Source: Chrysomallon squamiferum
Taxonomy: Eukaryota; Animalia; Mollusca
Direction of reading: 5' to 3'
Length of the DNA: 64,000 bases
Assembly: GCA_012295275.1 (NCBI GenBank)
Contig: CM022668.1
Span: forward strand, 5,580,001 to 5,644,000
The notes under the pieces were generated by a model. It was not told the origin of the DNA. It ran no database searches and was given only the letters and a program-made list of their open reading frames with translations. How positions within the stretch are numbered: the stretch's first letter is position 1; every line of letters begins with the position of its first letter. Below, in pieces: positions 14,703 through 28,993 of this stretch. A program made the position numbers and the translations under genes.

Positions 14703-15542
14703 TTTAGGTGATAGTATTACAACTACTCCTACTGCAACTGCTACTACTACTACTAATAGAATAATAATTATTATTATAATGACGACACCATTATTATTTG
14801 TATTTCTTCTTAGTATTTTTTTTATCTTATTATTGTTGATGTTGGTGTTGTTATTATTAAATATTCTTCGATATTTCTCATAAACTAGTGTGTTATCTTT
14901 AAAAAAAAAAAAAATATTGTAGCTTTGACAAAATAGATTACTAATTCAATATGTCTGGTCTGATTTAAGTAAAAGTACTAATAGTACAGCATATATTAAA
15001 TTGCAATAAAATACAAAATACCTTCAAATTTCAAAATGTCCGCCTGCGAACAAAAGTACGTCCTTGCTTGGTGAGTGTTTTCCTGGAACTGACAACGTCC
15101 TGTTTGACAAGTCACTGAAATATCTTCTGGGTATCGCTGTTTACAAAGTCGTCTGCTCATAAACACGTGACTGAAATCAGATCTCACGCCACCTTTAGCG
15201 GTAAATACATACAGATATATTGTAATATACAATGTGTGCCGTGTAATGTAACGTGTGTTTCAAACCTGTTAATTATATATATTTGTCATTACTTTTTTTT
15301 AGTGTTAAACATTTATTTCTCACACTATATTGATGAAAAACTGATCGCTAAAAAGTGTCTGTTAGGTAGGTCAGATAAAAATAGTGTGCTAATAGTACTG
15401 GGGACAAGAAAGGTTATACCGAGGATCGTGAAAAACGCAATGTAATGGTGAATCAGAAAATATGGGACACTCTTTTATTTGTACATAGTATGAGTCAAAG
15501 CGACCTAAGCACAGATGTGAAAAATATCACGTTTATTGTTTC

Positions 15543-15583
<41 letters not shown>

Positions 15584-16199
15584 AAATAAAATAATAATAA
15601 TTATTATTTTATTATTTAAATAAATAAATATGTAAATAAATAAATAAAATAAAATCATACTCATCATTTATAGTAAGAAGTTTGATTTTTAATTTATTTA
15701 TTTGTTTGTTTTTCTTCTTTGTCTCTTTGTTTTTAGTTTTTTTTATTTCACCACATAAAATACAGTATAATATATGCTACAGCTAATCCATTTTAATATA
15801 AAAAAGTAAAAGTAAATTAATGTTTTAAAATAGAGAAATCTCGACCACATCAGTAATAATAGTAATAATGATAATAATAATAACAATAAATCTGTTTTAG
15901 ACATTACTACTAATAAATATTTGTTATATAAACAAAAATATATGTTACTGTAAGAACCATACAAAACTGCATACACAGAAAAATAATTTATATGTGCATA
16001 TTTTTGCATTTTCTGTTGCTAAATTGTTATGATATATTTACAGAATGTCTTGTCTACATAATCAAAGGATGCGCATTAAATTTTCACTAGACTTATTACA
16101 AAATTAACATTTATCTGAATTTTCTATAGCATATAATACCAAATGCTTATTTGTTGTTTAGATAAATAACAAGATCTTGTACTGAAAATATTTAAGCCC

Positions 16200-16700
16200 T
16201 GTGTCTGTAGTTAGCTTGAATGGAAGATGTGCACTTTTCCACCATTTGTCACCGAACTTTATACCAAAATTATGCTATTTTGTTTTCTTATTTATTTCAT
16301 AAAGACTCTTTATTAATAGTTAGCATTAAGCCATTGTAAATCGAAAATTGTGGTGTAGAGATATATATATTTTTTTTATTATTTCAAAACGCAATTCATG
16401 AAAGCCACTATCAAGAAAGATAAAGCAATTTTGATTTACTGACCCCAAAACGAATATCAGTGAAGCTCTAGAATGTCAACATTTACTCAAAAGAGAGGCA
16501 ATGTCTTCGTCCGAATACGCATATTAAATCCACGATATCTTTAATGCATTACAAAATAACTTAATATTTAGTGCTTGTAAACCACCATTTTCATAATCGT
16601 CAAAATATCTTCTACTGTTTCTTTTTTTCTGACTATTTTATGAGGCTTTTTTATTCCAAATAAACTGAAATTATGAAACAAATATTATAGAGAAATAATT
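16200..16700 (-). mobile_element. L1/Tx1-clade LINE ORF2 relic (post-RT region)
   Basis: The minus strand gives broken peptides FQFIWNKK... and DDYENGGLQALNIKLFCNALKISWI, matching the F.W..K...GGL...i..f..ALk..WI pattern downstream of the RT in L1/Tx1 ORF2. Many stops and frameshifts. Confidence 0.65.
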
Positions 16701-18349
16701 TGTTGGATTTGGCAGTAAAGAAGAAATATAAACAACTTTCGATTACAGTAATTTTTTATAAAGCTAAGAAACAACAACTGAAGCAACCTTTGAACCTTAT
16801 TGAACTTTGCATTAAAGTTTAGTTGTATCTGATCCGTGGAAAACCGTACCGCAAGTGCTGTAAATTGTGTAGCACATTTTAATGTATGTTTTTAACATAA
16901 TGTTTCTGTGATCATTTTGGACTTTGCCTAATTTTATTATATCTGTTTTATCTTTATTAACTGTTAGAACGTATATATCGGTAAACTGTTTTAATGTCTC
17001 TACATACGCTTATAGAGTTTTATCACACCAACGTGACAGCACTGTTGTGTTCCTGGCAAATTTTGACATTTTAAATTCATTACCGTTAATCTCAATCCCG
17101 TGTACATGTTTGATATTTCTTACTAAGATTAAAAGAAACCTTTGTACAACCTTTGTACCTTTGAACCGTTTAGTAATCTTACCTTTTATGTATAAACACG
17201 ATTCATGTTTATTATAAATGGTCGATATTCATCTTTGAATTGACACACCAAATTTAAATATTGATTTTCTTTTATTTTCTTTCTTTTCTTTTTTTAATTC
17301 CACGATATTATATAACTTTTAGTTTCAGTTTTTTCATCAAAAATCTACAATTAATTAAGAATAAATTCGAAACACTAAAGGGAAATAATTCAAACTTTCT
17401 CTTCATGCAAGTGGTAAAGGAATTATCTCCCACTGTATCAGTAAACACTTTTCTTGTCTGCTCTATGAAAATAGTTAAACACGATGTATTTGTTACTGAA
17501 CATTTACTTTGAACGGTGATAATTAAACAACAGAATTGTACTTTATACTTATAAAAGGTTGGTTTAGAAAAACACTAATAACTCATTTTAAATATAAAAC
17601 AAAACCGAACAGACAGATCTAGAAGCGACATAGTAGTAACTGTTATGTAGTTGTAACAGCTAACTCCAACAGCAGAAGTAGTAGCTTGGACATATTAGCA
17701 GCCGCTGTCGTAGTGGTTGTTGCAAAAGAACAGCAGTCTGCAGTAATTAAGACACAGTAAAGGTGCAGGCTTAGTGTCTGTGTTGGTTACTTGTATCTAC
17801 GACACTTGTAACTGTTTTCCTTGTTGCTGTTCTTGAATAAATCCATTTCGATCTTCTCTAGACTTTTTATTTTCTTCTTCCTCGTTTGTTTTCCTTTTCT
17901 TCTTTTAACTAAGGAATGTTCGATATCATCTGATATTTTTAATAAACGTAACCAAGTATATTGTTTTGTTTTGTATCCCAGTTTAGTGAAGATAAAAGCT
18001 AGCTTAACGACTGTTAATGGCTGTTTAATGTTGTCGTTTTATTACAAACCACTGCCTCCTTTTGATGATCGAAAAAATCAACAAAAACGAACCCGGGAGC
18101 AGGTCAGCACTAATCATAGGAGGGGCAGATACCCACATCCGGTTGTGAACGAAAACACAGCAAATGAATTAGCTCTGCCCAATACACGTTAGTTGCAAGC
18201 ATTGTCAGCAGACGATCAAATTAGAATGAGCAGACGACACTGTTTTCATTTGGCGCGGTTTATTTCTCATGTCCTGCTCTTTGACTATTAATAGAAAGGT
18301 AATTGAAACTTTCAACAATGGCGGATGAAAAGGAACGATACTTTACGCA

Positions 18350-19190
18350 TTTCAAAGAAATATCAAAATACCGGATACGAAGGCATAAATCTTCTCAGTG
18401 TTTTTAAAGTATGTGAAAACACACACACCGTCACATGCACACACTTACACACACAGACATGGAAACACGCGTATGAAAAAGTGAGGAAGACAGACATACA
18501 TACAGACAGAAACCTAGATAAAATTACCGTTTTTGTTAGTAATCTAATTATTTTCTAATTAATTAATCTCACACAATTATCTCACTTTTTAAAGTCTTAC
18601 TCTTCTTCTTTTACACATATCTTTATACGGATGACGTCATACTAACAGGGGACCACGTCACCGGTCTGCTGTATCTATCGAGGAAGTACTTCATCACAAT
18701 ACTTGAAGCCAAATGCGTAAACTATTTCGAGTTGTCGTTGTCGTCACAGAATGCGTGCGTCGTGCTTGAACAAGGTCACCTGTTTGATGAACTTGATCTA
18801 AGGAAAAAAACTGTTGACTATATTTTGAAAAATGGCGACGAAGTTTTGTAGTCAGATGAAGTCACCGATCTTTGTCACCAATGTCTGGTTGAGATCATAC
18901 GATCAGACGAACTGACAGCAGACGAGAAAAATGTTTTGAAGCCGCTGTGAAGTGGGCTGACAGCGCGTGCAGGAAGCAAGGAAAACAGACGAGTGAAAAA
19001 AACATGCGCGAAGCACTGGGAGAGTTCGTGAAGCACGTGCGTTATCCATTACTTGATCAGACGTATTTTGTAAAACATGTGATACCCAGTCACATACTCA
19101 CTGAGACAGAAGGATTCAAAATTACAAAACATTTCCTTTGTCCAGATGAAGATGTTTCACCTTTCAACTCAGACAAGAGAACTGCAATTA
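18350..19190 (+). pseudogene. Inverted, truncated pseudogene of the BTB-BACK-PHR gene
   Basis: Contains the 3' end of exon 1 (IKIPDTKA*IFSVFLK|gtatgt), the homologous intron, and exon 2 through BACK. The acceptor AG is deleted (~18616), TAG stop at 18849-18851, 1-nt deletion at ~18935. Homology ends at ~19190, so the PHR domain is missing. Confidence 0.9.
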
Positions 19191-21288
19191 TGTTAAAGCT
19201 TATGGAAATAAGAGGTCACCCAGATATATTTTATGGGGCGACTAATGTTTTACATCCCAATCGCCTATACGGAACTTTCGCTGAAATTCGGTGACCGGAT
19301 ATTTGGAGCCCAGCATATTATCTCTCGTATTAAGAAATGTGTTTTGTAATACCAATTGATATTTTAATATTTTTTTAATATTTCAGTCAGAACATGTCAC
19401 TAATTGCATCTTGTGATAATTTCTAACATTTTGTGGCATTAGCTGTCACATGTTTCTTCATAATGCTTAGATCATACAATTTTAAATTTATAATTTTAAT
19501 ATTTCAGCATGTTTTTATATATAACTATCTTATTCAGTTGTTCAACTGAGATTTGTCCATGTTTAAAATTTTTCAGATTAAATAATTAATATTTCAGCTA
19601 CATTATTTTTCATATTATAGATATATAAATCCGTTTTTTTCTATCTTCAGTACTTGAGTATTTCAGAAACTGTTGCTGAAAGTGGAAATCTTCCCTCAAC
19701 ATTTTTATTTTTGTTTGCTGCTGCTGATGTGATGTCACCTCTATTTAAACTGACTCATGCAGAACGAGAATGTTAACAGCAGTATTCAGTATACTTAATC
19801 AATATTTGTGAATACAATGTTTTGTGGCAGTGATTTTGTTTCTACATGATTTATATTTGCCTATTTTGTCACATTGCTTAAAGTAATTACTGATTATTGA
19901 TAGATATAATAATTTTAAAAATGTAACTTTCAATTTATGGCTAATTTAAGAAACGAAATCTGCCTCTGCTGTCTAACGAAAACAAAAACTGATGCATTGT
20001 GGGTTTTTAAAAATATTTACATAATTTACTTTCTTATTTATTTAGTTATCTGCTTATTTACTTATTTCATTCATTGCTAAGCATTTACTTATTTAGCTAC
20101 TTACTTATCTCATTTGATGTGATGTCACCTCTATTTAAACTGGAAAATCATTCAGAGGTAGATCACTTTTAATTTTTCTAATTAATTACTATTTTTAATT
20201 TATGAATATATGATTTATATAATAATTATTGTAAATGTTGTTTGAAAATTAAGCTTCAAAGATTGAGCAGACATAATTTTATTTTTCTCTTTTGTCATTG
20301 TTGTTTTTATCAGAAAAGAAACAACTGAGATTTGCCTGAAAAAACTCAGAACTGAAAGCATGTTGCTCTGGTCAAAAGCTTTATATCATTTGTAAGAAAT
20401 TAAATATATTTATGCGTCAATTAATTATTCTGAAATATTCAAAGCAGATAAAAATAATAAAAATAAATAGATAAAATTTTGGAAACCCGTTATTAATGAC
20501 TGCTAGTTTTTTAGTTTAGTTCTTAGTATTATTTACTTATTTATTTTATTGTTATCATCATCATTACTATTTGAATTTTGTATTATTGTTATTGTCAATG
20601 ATAAACATTTAACATCTTTTCGGGTGATGTTTTAAACACAAATAATTAACTTTGATAAGTTAAAGATAAATCTTTTATAAATTTCATTATATCATATATT
20701 TTAGTTATTTCACTTTGTTCTCTGGTGTGAGACACTATAAGTCTCCCTGACTCTGAAGATTTCCGGCGAAACATCAGTTGACTACAGTCTGAACAAACTG
20801 GAGGAAGAATCCCAGCTTTGTTATAAAATCTTCATTTACATCCAGTTGCTCACACTTTCAGCGGGTACTGGCTTTTTAAGATTATACTTTGCTGTTGTTA
20901 ATGAAATGAAATACAATAAAATACAATAAATGAAATAAAATACAGTGAATTATATTACTAATACTATTAATTTCCAGCTTTTACCAAACTGTAACATGTT
21001 TTATATCCAAAGATAGCAGTGTGCTTTAAAAATGTTAAATAAGATTTATATATTTTCTTTTTTACTTTTAAACAAAATGTCTATTTTGTTTCAGTTTTAA
21101 ACAGGAGAACCAGATCTATATTAAACAGTTATGCCTTTTATGTTTTATTTTATTTTATGTTTTTAATGGTAATCTTCAAATAAACACAAACAAAATATAC
21201 AAAACGAAATAAAGAATATTATATTCAAAGCGCTCAAAATAAAAGGTCTTGATTATTTAAATATGAGTTTTTTAATATTTCTATGGCT

Positions 21289-21488
21289 NNNNNNNNNNNN
21301 NNNNNNNNNNNNNNNNNNNNNNNNNNNNNNNNNNNNNNNNNNNNNNNNNNNNNNNNNNNNNNNNNNNNNNNNNNNNNNNNNNNNNNNNNNNNNNNNNNNN
21401 NNNNNNNNNNNNNNNNNNNNNNNNNNNNNNNNNNNNNNNNNNNNNNNNNNNNNNNNNNNNNNNNNNNNNNNNNNNNNNNNNNNNNNNN
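21289..21488. other. Assembly gap (200 N)
   Basis: Run of n characters; true size unknown. Confidence 1.
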
Positions 21489-21997
21489 ATACACTATTTG
21501 GAAGCGGATGGATTTACAATAGATTTTCTTCAGTTGTTTACTCTGTCCCGAACAAGATAATCAAATAAATACCGAGATGGGTGGCTGAACATAAACAGAG
21601 AACAGTTAATAGTTACTATATTAACAGCTTTCATTGAAATTACAAAATCACCACGTGCAGTTCTAGAGCGAAATGAAATAGAAAATATGTATTAAAACTG
21701 GAATTTTCCACTGTACACGTACACAAAATAAAAAGTTACACGTTGCACATCTCTTTCTCTGTGTCTTTCGTCATCTGTCTCGTTGTGTATTTACATGTCC
21801 ATGTTTCATTATAAGTCTCTTTTACTCTCTGTTGATCTCTCTAACACATACATACACATATTTACATAGATATACACACTATGTATATATTTAGATACAT
21901 ACTTACGTACGTATGTACATTAAGAATATTCTTCTTTTTTCTAACTGATGTATTAATGTGATTACTTTTTGTATTTTTTCTTTATTTCTCTCTGAAG

Positions 21998-24900
21998 CTG
22001 CACCAGCAAGTAAGATATCAAACATTATTTTTGACAATTTGTTTTCTCTATAAAGAAATACATGAAATACATCCAGATATATTTGATACGGAACGCATAT
22101 TAACATCTAATACATTGACACAAACACACATTCACTAACATACATAACTCGTACATGTACACATTTTTCAATACATTTGGAAACACACACGATAGTTTTG
22201 TTGAAAATACAGATGCTGTTTTATTTAACATATCTGAAACAACAGAACCTCAAAAGTCCCTTTTAGTTACGCTTCATGCAGATTCCATATTTACCAATAC
22301 AAACGTCGATGCTGCCACATTTTCTGTTTAGAGAACATTTGGAGAAAACCCAGATACAGAGAAATCATCTGAAAGCATTATAGAATAATTTGAATTAAGG
22401 AAAAACGTAACATCTTTGAATTTAAATGAGAAATGAATCAACAGATTTACGGGTAAATGTTTCAACCGAAATTTTTTGTGTTTGTATCGGTTTGAAACAA
22501 AGCAAGCAAAAATCAACTGTGATATGTCTGGTATTTATTTTCATTATTTGGCATGATAACTGTACTGGAAGGATTTACAACTGTTTTCAGTAAAGATTTA
22601 AAAATGTTTTATAATGTTTTCAGAGGATAAGTATTGTTTTTCGTGTAATGTTGGATGCTTCGTATTTCTTTGTATATTTTGAGAAAGGATTTCTTCTAAA
22701 TAATTTTAAGTAGGCTCAGCTATCTATTGTATTAATCTAGAAGTGGATTTGAATAAACCACTGTATGCTTTAGTTTGTAGTTTTAAAATATATATTCTTC
22801 TTTTTTTTTTCGTTTGAAGCTCCTCTTCCAGGTAAGATATCAAAGATCTTTTCTTAATTTAGTTTCTCCATAGAAAAAAAATGTATGAAACACATCCAGA
22901 TATTTACATCAGTGCATTTATATAAACAGATACTCATTTCGTACATACATATGTACATACATACATATATGTTTCTATCTTTCGCTCAAAGCGTCTCCAA
23001 GTAAATCTTATTATTGATTATTGAGAGAGACCATATCTTTCTACTTTAACGATTTTTCTTTTTATCCTCTCTGATATTCCTATTAGACTGTGTCGATCAT
23101 GAAAGCCCATCTTCCCAGTGTATGACAGGAGCAGCTTGTGCGCTTATGTCTGCCCTTACTACTGAAGATTTCAGATGTTCGGATGCAGCTCACGTGTGCT
23201 GCTATAGTAAGTCCATGTTAACTGATTGGATAATGCTTGTGTCTTCTTTTACGTCCGTACAACTTCTCTTCAGCAACATCACGCATAACGCTCTATTTCC
23301 ACAGGGCAATTTAAAAAATTTAATAAAAACCACTATTTATTTAAATACCGTCACAACTATTTCCAGAAGGAGACAGTTGTGTCAGTTTTCTTTTATAATA
23401 TTTCACTAAAGGTATGTTATTGTATTTCTGAAAAGGATACTGTAAATTATTTCAACTTTTTCAAACTTTCTTCTCATTTAATCACGTTTCGGCAAAACAG
23501 AAAGTATTTTACGAGTTAGAACTGTTTTTCATAAATATGATTTTAAGCACGAAAATGTCATTCGTGTGAATATTTTAATCCAGCTGCCCATGATTGGGAA
23601 AATCATTTTAAAATACTCTCAATAGAGCAAACCTTCATCCTCGGCTCAAAAGCAAAAACAGATATTTTGAAACCTGAATTAGAAGTCTTCTGGAATCGCA
23701 CGTTACAAACCACAAACCACTTTTTTGAATAAATTTTAAATTTGACAGATTAAAAGGGTAGATCAAATAATTTTCAAAATACTTGACAATGGCCGCATCT
23801 TTGTCAAGTGTAAAATGGTGACGGAGCACTATTTTACTTAGCGACTATGAAACGTGTAATAACTGCATGTCCCATCATAATTTGCAGTCAAAACGACATC
23901 TTACTCGCATCGCGATTTTCAGAATCATATGTCTGGATAAAGTCATATTCTCCAAGGATCTACTAATGAATTCAGTAAAAAATACGGAAATGTTTTAAAA
24001 TGTCCTCAACGAACATGGTTTGTTTTAGAATGTTTCTCGTGAAATGTTAGATGTTTTGTTTTTCTTCATATATGTTGAGAAAGTACATTTGAGTAATTTA
24101 CAAGTAGATTTGAATAACCCCAGAACACTTTTGTTTATACTTTTAAACTGTGTTGTGAATGTAAACATATATGTACATAGATAGATATATATATAGACAC
24201 CAAAAATATTCGTCTTCTCCCTCATGTATTAAAATAATATATATATCTTCTTTTTTTTTCCTCTTTTCTTTGAAGCTCCTCTTCCAGGTAAGATATCAAA
24301 GATCTTTTCTTCATTTAGTTTCTCCATAGAAAAAAAAATGCATGAAACAGATCCAGATGTTTAGATCAGTGCATTCATATAAACAGACACTCATTTCATA
24401 CATACATACATACATACATACATACATGCGATTATACAAACAATGCAATTCCGCGTAAGTGTTATCATTGCTGTTTTTATTTTATACACTTTTTATTTCA
24501 TTTATTTATTATTCATCTCGCTGAAGCTGTTACTTACATCATCAATAGATACTTCTACGTTACACATTGTTCCAGTTTTAGTTCAAATGTTTCAGAGAGA
24601 GAGAGAGTGATAAAGAAAGAGAACAATATAAAGACAGAAACAGAGAGACTCAGTTTTAATCTTTTCTTTTTTCCTTTCTAATTTTCCTTCTAGACTGTTC
24701 GGCTCATCCAGACCCAGCTGCCGCGTGTTTGACACCATCAGACTGTTCGGCTGCCCTTGGCTCTGAAGCTGCTGATCACACCTGTGCGAATGCAGCTGAA
24801 ATGTGCTGCTATGGTAACTTCATGTTAATTGATTCGATAATGCTGGTGTTTCCTTTGACGTCCGTACAACTTCCCCTTCAGCTGTATCACGTGAAACGTT

Positions 24901-25231
24901 CAGTTTCCAATTGTGAACTTTTAAACGTTTCCCAGTTTTTATTTATGAATCGTCAGAACGTTTTACCTGACGGGCATTATTTAATCTTTCTGTTATCCCA
25001 TTTCACTGTGATAAAATATTTATGTTATTTTGTTTCTGTAAATTGTGTCAACTGTTTCAAGCTTGCTTCTCATTCTTTTTAAACTGAAGTGGAACATGAG
25101 AAAAGTGACTGACTTTAATAAAAACATCAAGTTACGTTTCCTTTTTATTTTGTTGTCTCATTGCAGGAATATCAGGATCTAGAAAGAGAAATCTGGAGAA
25201 AAGCTCGAAGAAGAAGATACAGTCGTATTAA
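21998..25231 (+). pseudogene. Copy A of the secreted clip/defensin-like repeat gene: two Cys modules, no signal-peptide exons
   Basis: Exons: 21998-22009, 22820-22831, 22992-23000 (micro-exons); 23087-23206 (CVDHESPSSQCMTGAACALMSALTTEDFRCSDAAHVCCY); 24276-24287; 24694-24813 (CSAHPDPAAACLTPSDCSAALGSEAADHTCANAAEMCCY); 25167-25231 (GISGSRKRNLEKSSKKKIQSY*, AATAAA at 25237). The promoter block 21489-21749 is joined directly to intron-2 sequence. Frames are open, so it could be live if 5' exons lie in or before the gap. Confidence 0.7.
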
Positions 25232-25739
25232 TAAGAAATAAAACATGAAAGCATTATTACTCTTTATCCTTATTTATTTATTTATTTATTTATTTATTAT
25301 TGTATTAACTAGTGTTAATAGTAGTAGAAGTAGTTGTAACAACAACGAAACAACATTAGCAGTAATTATTTATATTACTAACTATTATTATTTATGTTTT
25401 ATATAATTTCTATTTTTATATTATTATTAGTATTACAGGATATTAAATCAGCTTGATTTGAATAGTACATTCTGGTTAATTCAAAGTCAGATCACCCAAT
25501 ACGAGGATACTTAAAACATTGGCTTATAATACTGGTTCGAAGAATCTTGTACTTTCAGTTATACACTAACAAATAAACACAATGTCTACATTAACCACTG
25601 ATCATAATAATGTTTCATAGAAACATACACAAACACCAAACGCTCACACACACACACACAAAATACAGTAGATATAACACATCTCTATTATACACAAATC
25701 ACACACACAAAAACACACACACACATACATGCATACTTA

Positions 25740-26657
25740 CGCATGTACATTAAGAATATTCTTATTTTTTCTATGTGATGTATTAAACTGATTAATTTTG
25801 TAATTTTTCTTTATTTCTCTGTGATGCTGCACCAGCAAGGAAGATACCAAACGTTATTCCTTAATTTGTTTTCAACATAGACAAATATGTGAAATATATC
25901 CAGATGTTTAGATTATGAGATCGACACAAACATATAGACATATATATTGACAAAGGATGCCTTTTAAATAATTGTAAGTAGATTTACGGATGTATTGTTC
26001 CCGAAGTGGATTTGAATACACATCTGAAATATTTGTTGATAGTTTTTAAATAAATGTACATACATACATACATACATACATAGATGCATGCATGCATACA
26101 TACATACATACATACATACATGCATGCATACATACATACATACATACATGCATGCATGCATACATACATACATACACACTTACATATATACATACATACA
26201 TATATGCAGTATGCATGCATACATACATACATACATACATGCATACATACATACATACATACACACATACAAACATACATACATACACAATACATACACA
26301 CATACATATACATACATACATACATAAGCAAAAAGAAATCGTTACCTGATGTCTTAAAGTGATATGTTTTTGTTTCTTTTATTGTTTCTCTGTGAAGCTC
26401 CTTCTCCAGGTAAGTTATCAAACATGTCCAGACAAATGCAAGCACACAAACACATACTCTTATCCACATACACATAGATACGTACATACAAACAAATATA
26501 ATGCTTTCGTTCAAAGAGTCTTCACGTAAATGTTATTATTCCTCTTTGTTATTATTTTTTATAATTTCATTTATTTATTTCTCACGTGGCTGAAGTTCTT
26601 ACTTATACCAGTTTTGACCGAAATGGTTCGGAAAGAGTGATAAAGAAAGAGAAAGAT

Positions 26658-26740
<83 letters not shown>

Positions 26741-26750
26741 GACTTTCCAT
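25740..26750 (+). pseudogene. Fragment B of the same gene family (linker micro-exons only)
   Basis: Decayed CTGCACCAGCAA micro-exon with both splice sites mutated (~25827-25838), an intact-looking 12-nt exon at 26398-26409 (CTCCTTCTCCAG), and a 9-nt relic at ~26517. No Cys exon follows. Confidence 0.6.
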
Positions 26751-27039
26751 TTTTATAAGCCCAATTTCTTGAGAATTAACACCTAATAAATTTGTATGAT
26801 CATTAAACTGAAATGTTACAGGTTTTACATTCACACTGATTAAAGTGGAAAAAGTATCTTAATAAACAAAAACATACTACTAATAATAATAACAACAACA
26901 ACAACAACAACAACAACAATAATAATAATAATAATAATAATAACAATAACAAGAACAATAAGAAGAAGAAAAAGAAGAAGAAGAACAAGAAGAAGATGAA
27001 GAAGGAGAAGAGGAGGAAGAAGAAATACCATAATAACGG

Positions 27040-27127
<88 letters not shown>

Positions 27128-27156
27128 ATCTCTCTCTCTCGTAAAACAAATGATGA

Positions 27157-27908
27157 ATACACTATTTGGAAGCGGATGGATTTACAATCGATTTTCTTCA
27201 GTTGTTTACTCTGTCCTGAACAAGATAATCAAATGAAAAACGATGGGTGGCTGAACATAAACAGAGAACAGTTAATAGTTACTATATTAACAGCTTTCAT
27301 TGAAATTACAAAATCACCACGTGCAGTTCTAGAGCTAAATGAAACAGAAAACATGGAGAAGAATTAATAGTTGTTGTCTGTAACAGATTTCAATGAAATT
27401 AGAAAATCACAGATGCAGCCATTAAACAGAACAGGACAGTTAATTAAGAGTGAAGGTAAACACAAGACAATCAAGACTAAAACCGGTGGGTGGCTGAATA
27501 TAAACTGAGACAAATTAATAATTATTGTCTTAACAGCTTTCATTGAAATTACAAAATTACCACATGCAGTTCTCGAGCGAAATGAAATAGAAAATATGTA
27601 TTAAAACTGGAATTTTCCACTGTACACGTACACAAAATAAAAAGTTACACGTTGCACATTTCCAGTATTCACACATCTCATCAAAGTCCTGACTAAAAGA
27701 AGGCAACATTTTTGAAAATGAAATCTTTCTCGATCATTTGTTTGTTGGTTCTCACATGTTTAACTCTAGCAGAGTCACGCCATACATACATATATACATA
27801 CATACATACATACATACATACATACATACATACATACATACATACACACATACATACACACATACATACATACTTTCATATGAATACACATATATATATA
27901 TGTGTGTG

Positions 27909-27963
<55 letters not shown>

Positions 27964-28690
27964 GCATACATACATACATTCTTATACATATATATATATT
28001 TTTACTTTCTATGTCGAAGGAAGAAAAACACTTTTAGCATAGCTAGTCCGGATGAAAATATTGATTACTCTCTGTTTTTATTGTTAATTTTTCTTTAACT
28101 TGTGAGGATTATTCAGTACCTATGTATCTCTGTATTTCAAAAATGATATGTCATTAACTGTTTGATCCTCAACGTAATCACAAACAAACCACATCAGAAT
28201 AACAAAAAGAACCAGAACAACAACAACAACGATGAAAATAAAATAATAATGAAAGAAAATTATTAAAATTAAAAAAATTAAAATAAACAAATAAATAAAT
28301 GAATGATTAGTAGAAATATTTGAAGCGTGTTACTTTGCGATCGATTTTCTTCAGTTGTTTACTCTGTTATATCCAGCAAAGACAATCAAGACAAAACCGG
28401 TGGGTAGCTGAATATAAACTGAGAACAATTCATAATTATTGTCTTATCATATTTCAATGAAATTAGAAAATCACAGATGCAGTCATTAAACAGAACAGGA
28501 CAGTTAATTAAGAGTGAAGGTGAACACAAGACAATCAAGAGAAAAGTGATGGGTGGCTGAATATAAACTGAGAACAATTAATAATTATTGTCTTATCATA
28601 TTTCAATGTGATTAGAAAATCATAGATGCAGCTATTGAGAACAGAACAGTTAATTAAAAGTGTAATTTTCCATTGTACACGTTGACAAAA
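27157..28690. repeat. Tandem ~120-150 bp repeats forming the upstream/promoter region of the secreted gene family
   Basis: Repeated unit GGGTGGCTGAA(C/T)ATAAAC...CAGTTAATTAAGAGTGAAGG at ~27245, 27488, 28401 and 28551, also present at 21579. Confidence 0.8.
27718..27783 (+). pseudogene. Fragment C: orphan signal-peptide exon
   Basis: [22 protein letters not shown] is homologous to exon 1 of the intact gene. It runs into a (TACA)n microsatellite with no donor site. Confidence 0.75.
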
Positions 28691-28774
28691 GAAACAAATA
28701 TCAGTACGTCTCGCATTTCCAGAGCTCACACAGTTCAACAAAGTCCTGAGTACAAGAAGCAGAAAAAAGTGAAA

Positions 28775-28952
28775 ATGAAATCTTCTCTGATTATTTGCGT
28801 GTTGGTTGTAACATGTCTGACTGTAGCAGAGTCACACCTTGAACACTGGGGGTGGGGACATGAGGAATCGGATGAAAGCTGTAGTCAGAAGTAAGTAACT
28901 TATTTTGTGTTTATAATAATAATAATAAGAAGAAGAAGAAGAAGAAGAAGAA

Positions 28953-28993
<41 letters not shown>

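Noticed and set aside
17821-18192. 123 aa ORF, or a possible LINE ORF1 remnant on the opposite strand
   Set aside because: No recognisable motifs on either strand; cannot be supported.
18947-19294. 115 aa BACK-domain ORF as an independent gene
   Set aside because: It is the post-frameshift remainder of the pseudogene, preceded by a stop and a destroyed acceptor.
20735-20790. CTGAAGAT...GGCGAAACATCAG motif reminiscent of Penelope-like element ends
   Set aside because: Too short, with no supporting RT or GIY-YIG remnant visible.
25964-28098. Long ORFs such as MYVCMYVC..., HTYIHTYI..., ERERER...
   Set aside because: Translations of (TACA)n, (GA)n and (TAA)n microsatellites. The same applies to most poly-I/L/N/Y ORFs across the window.
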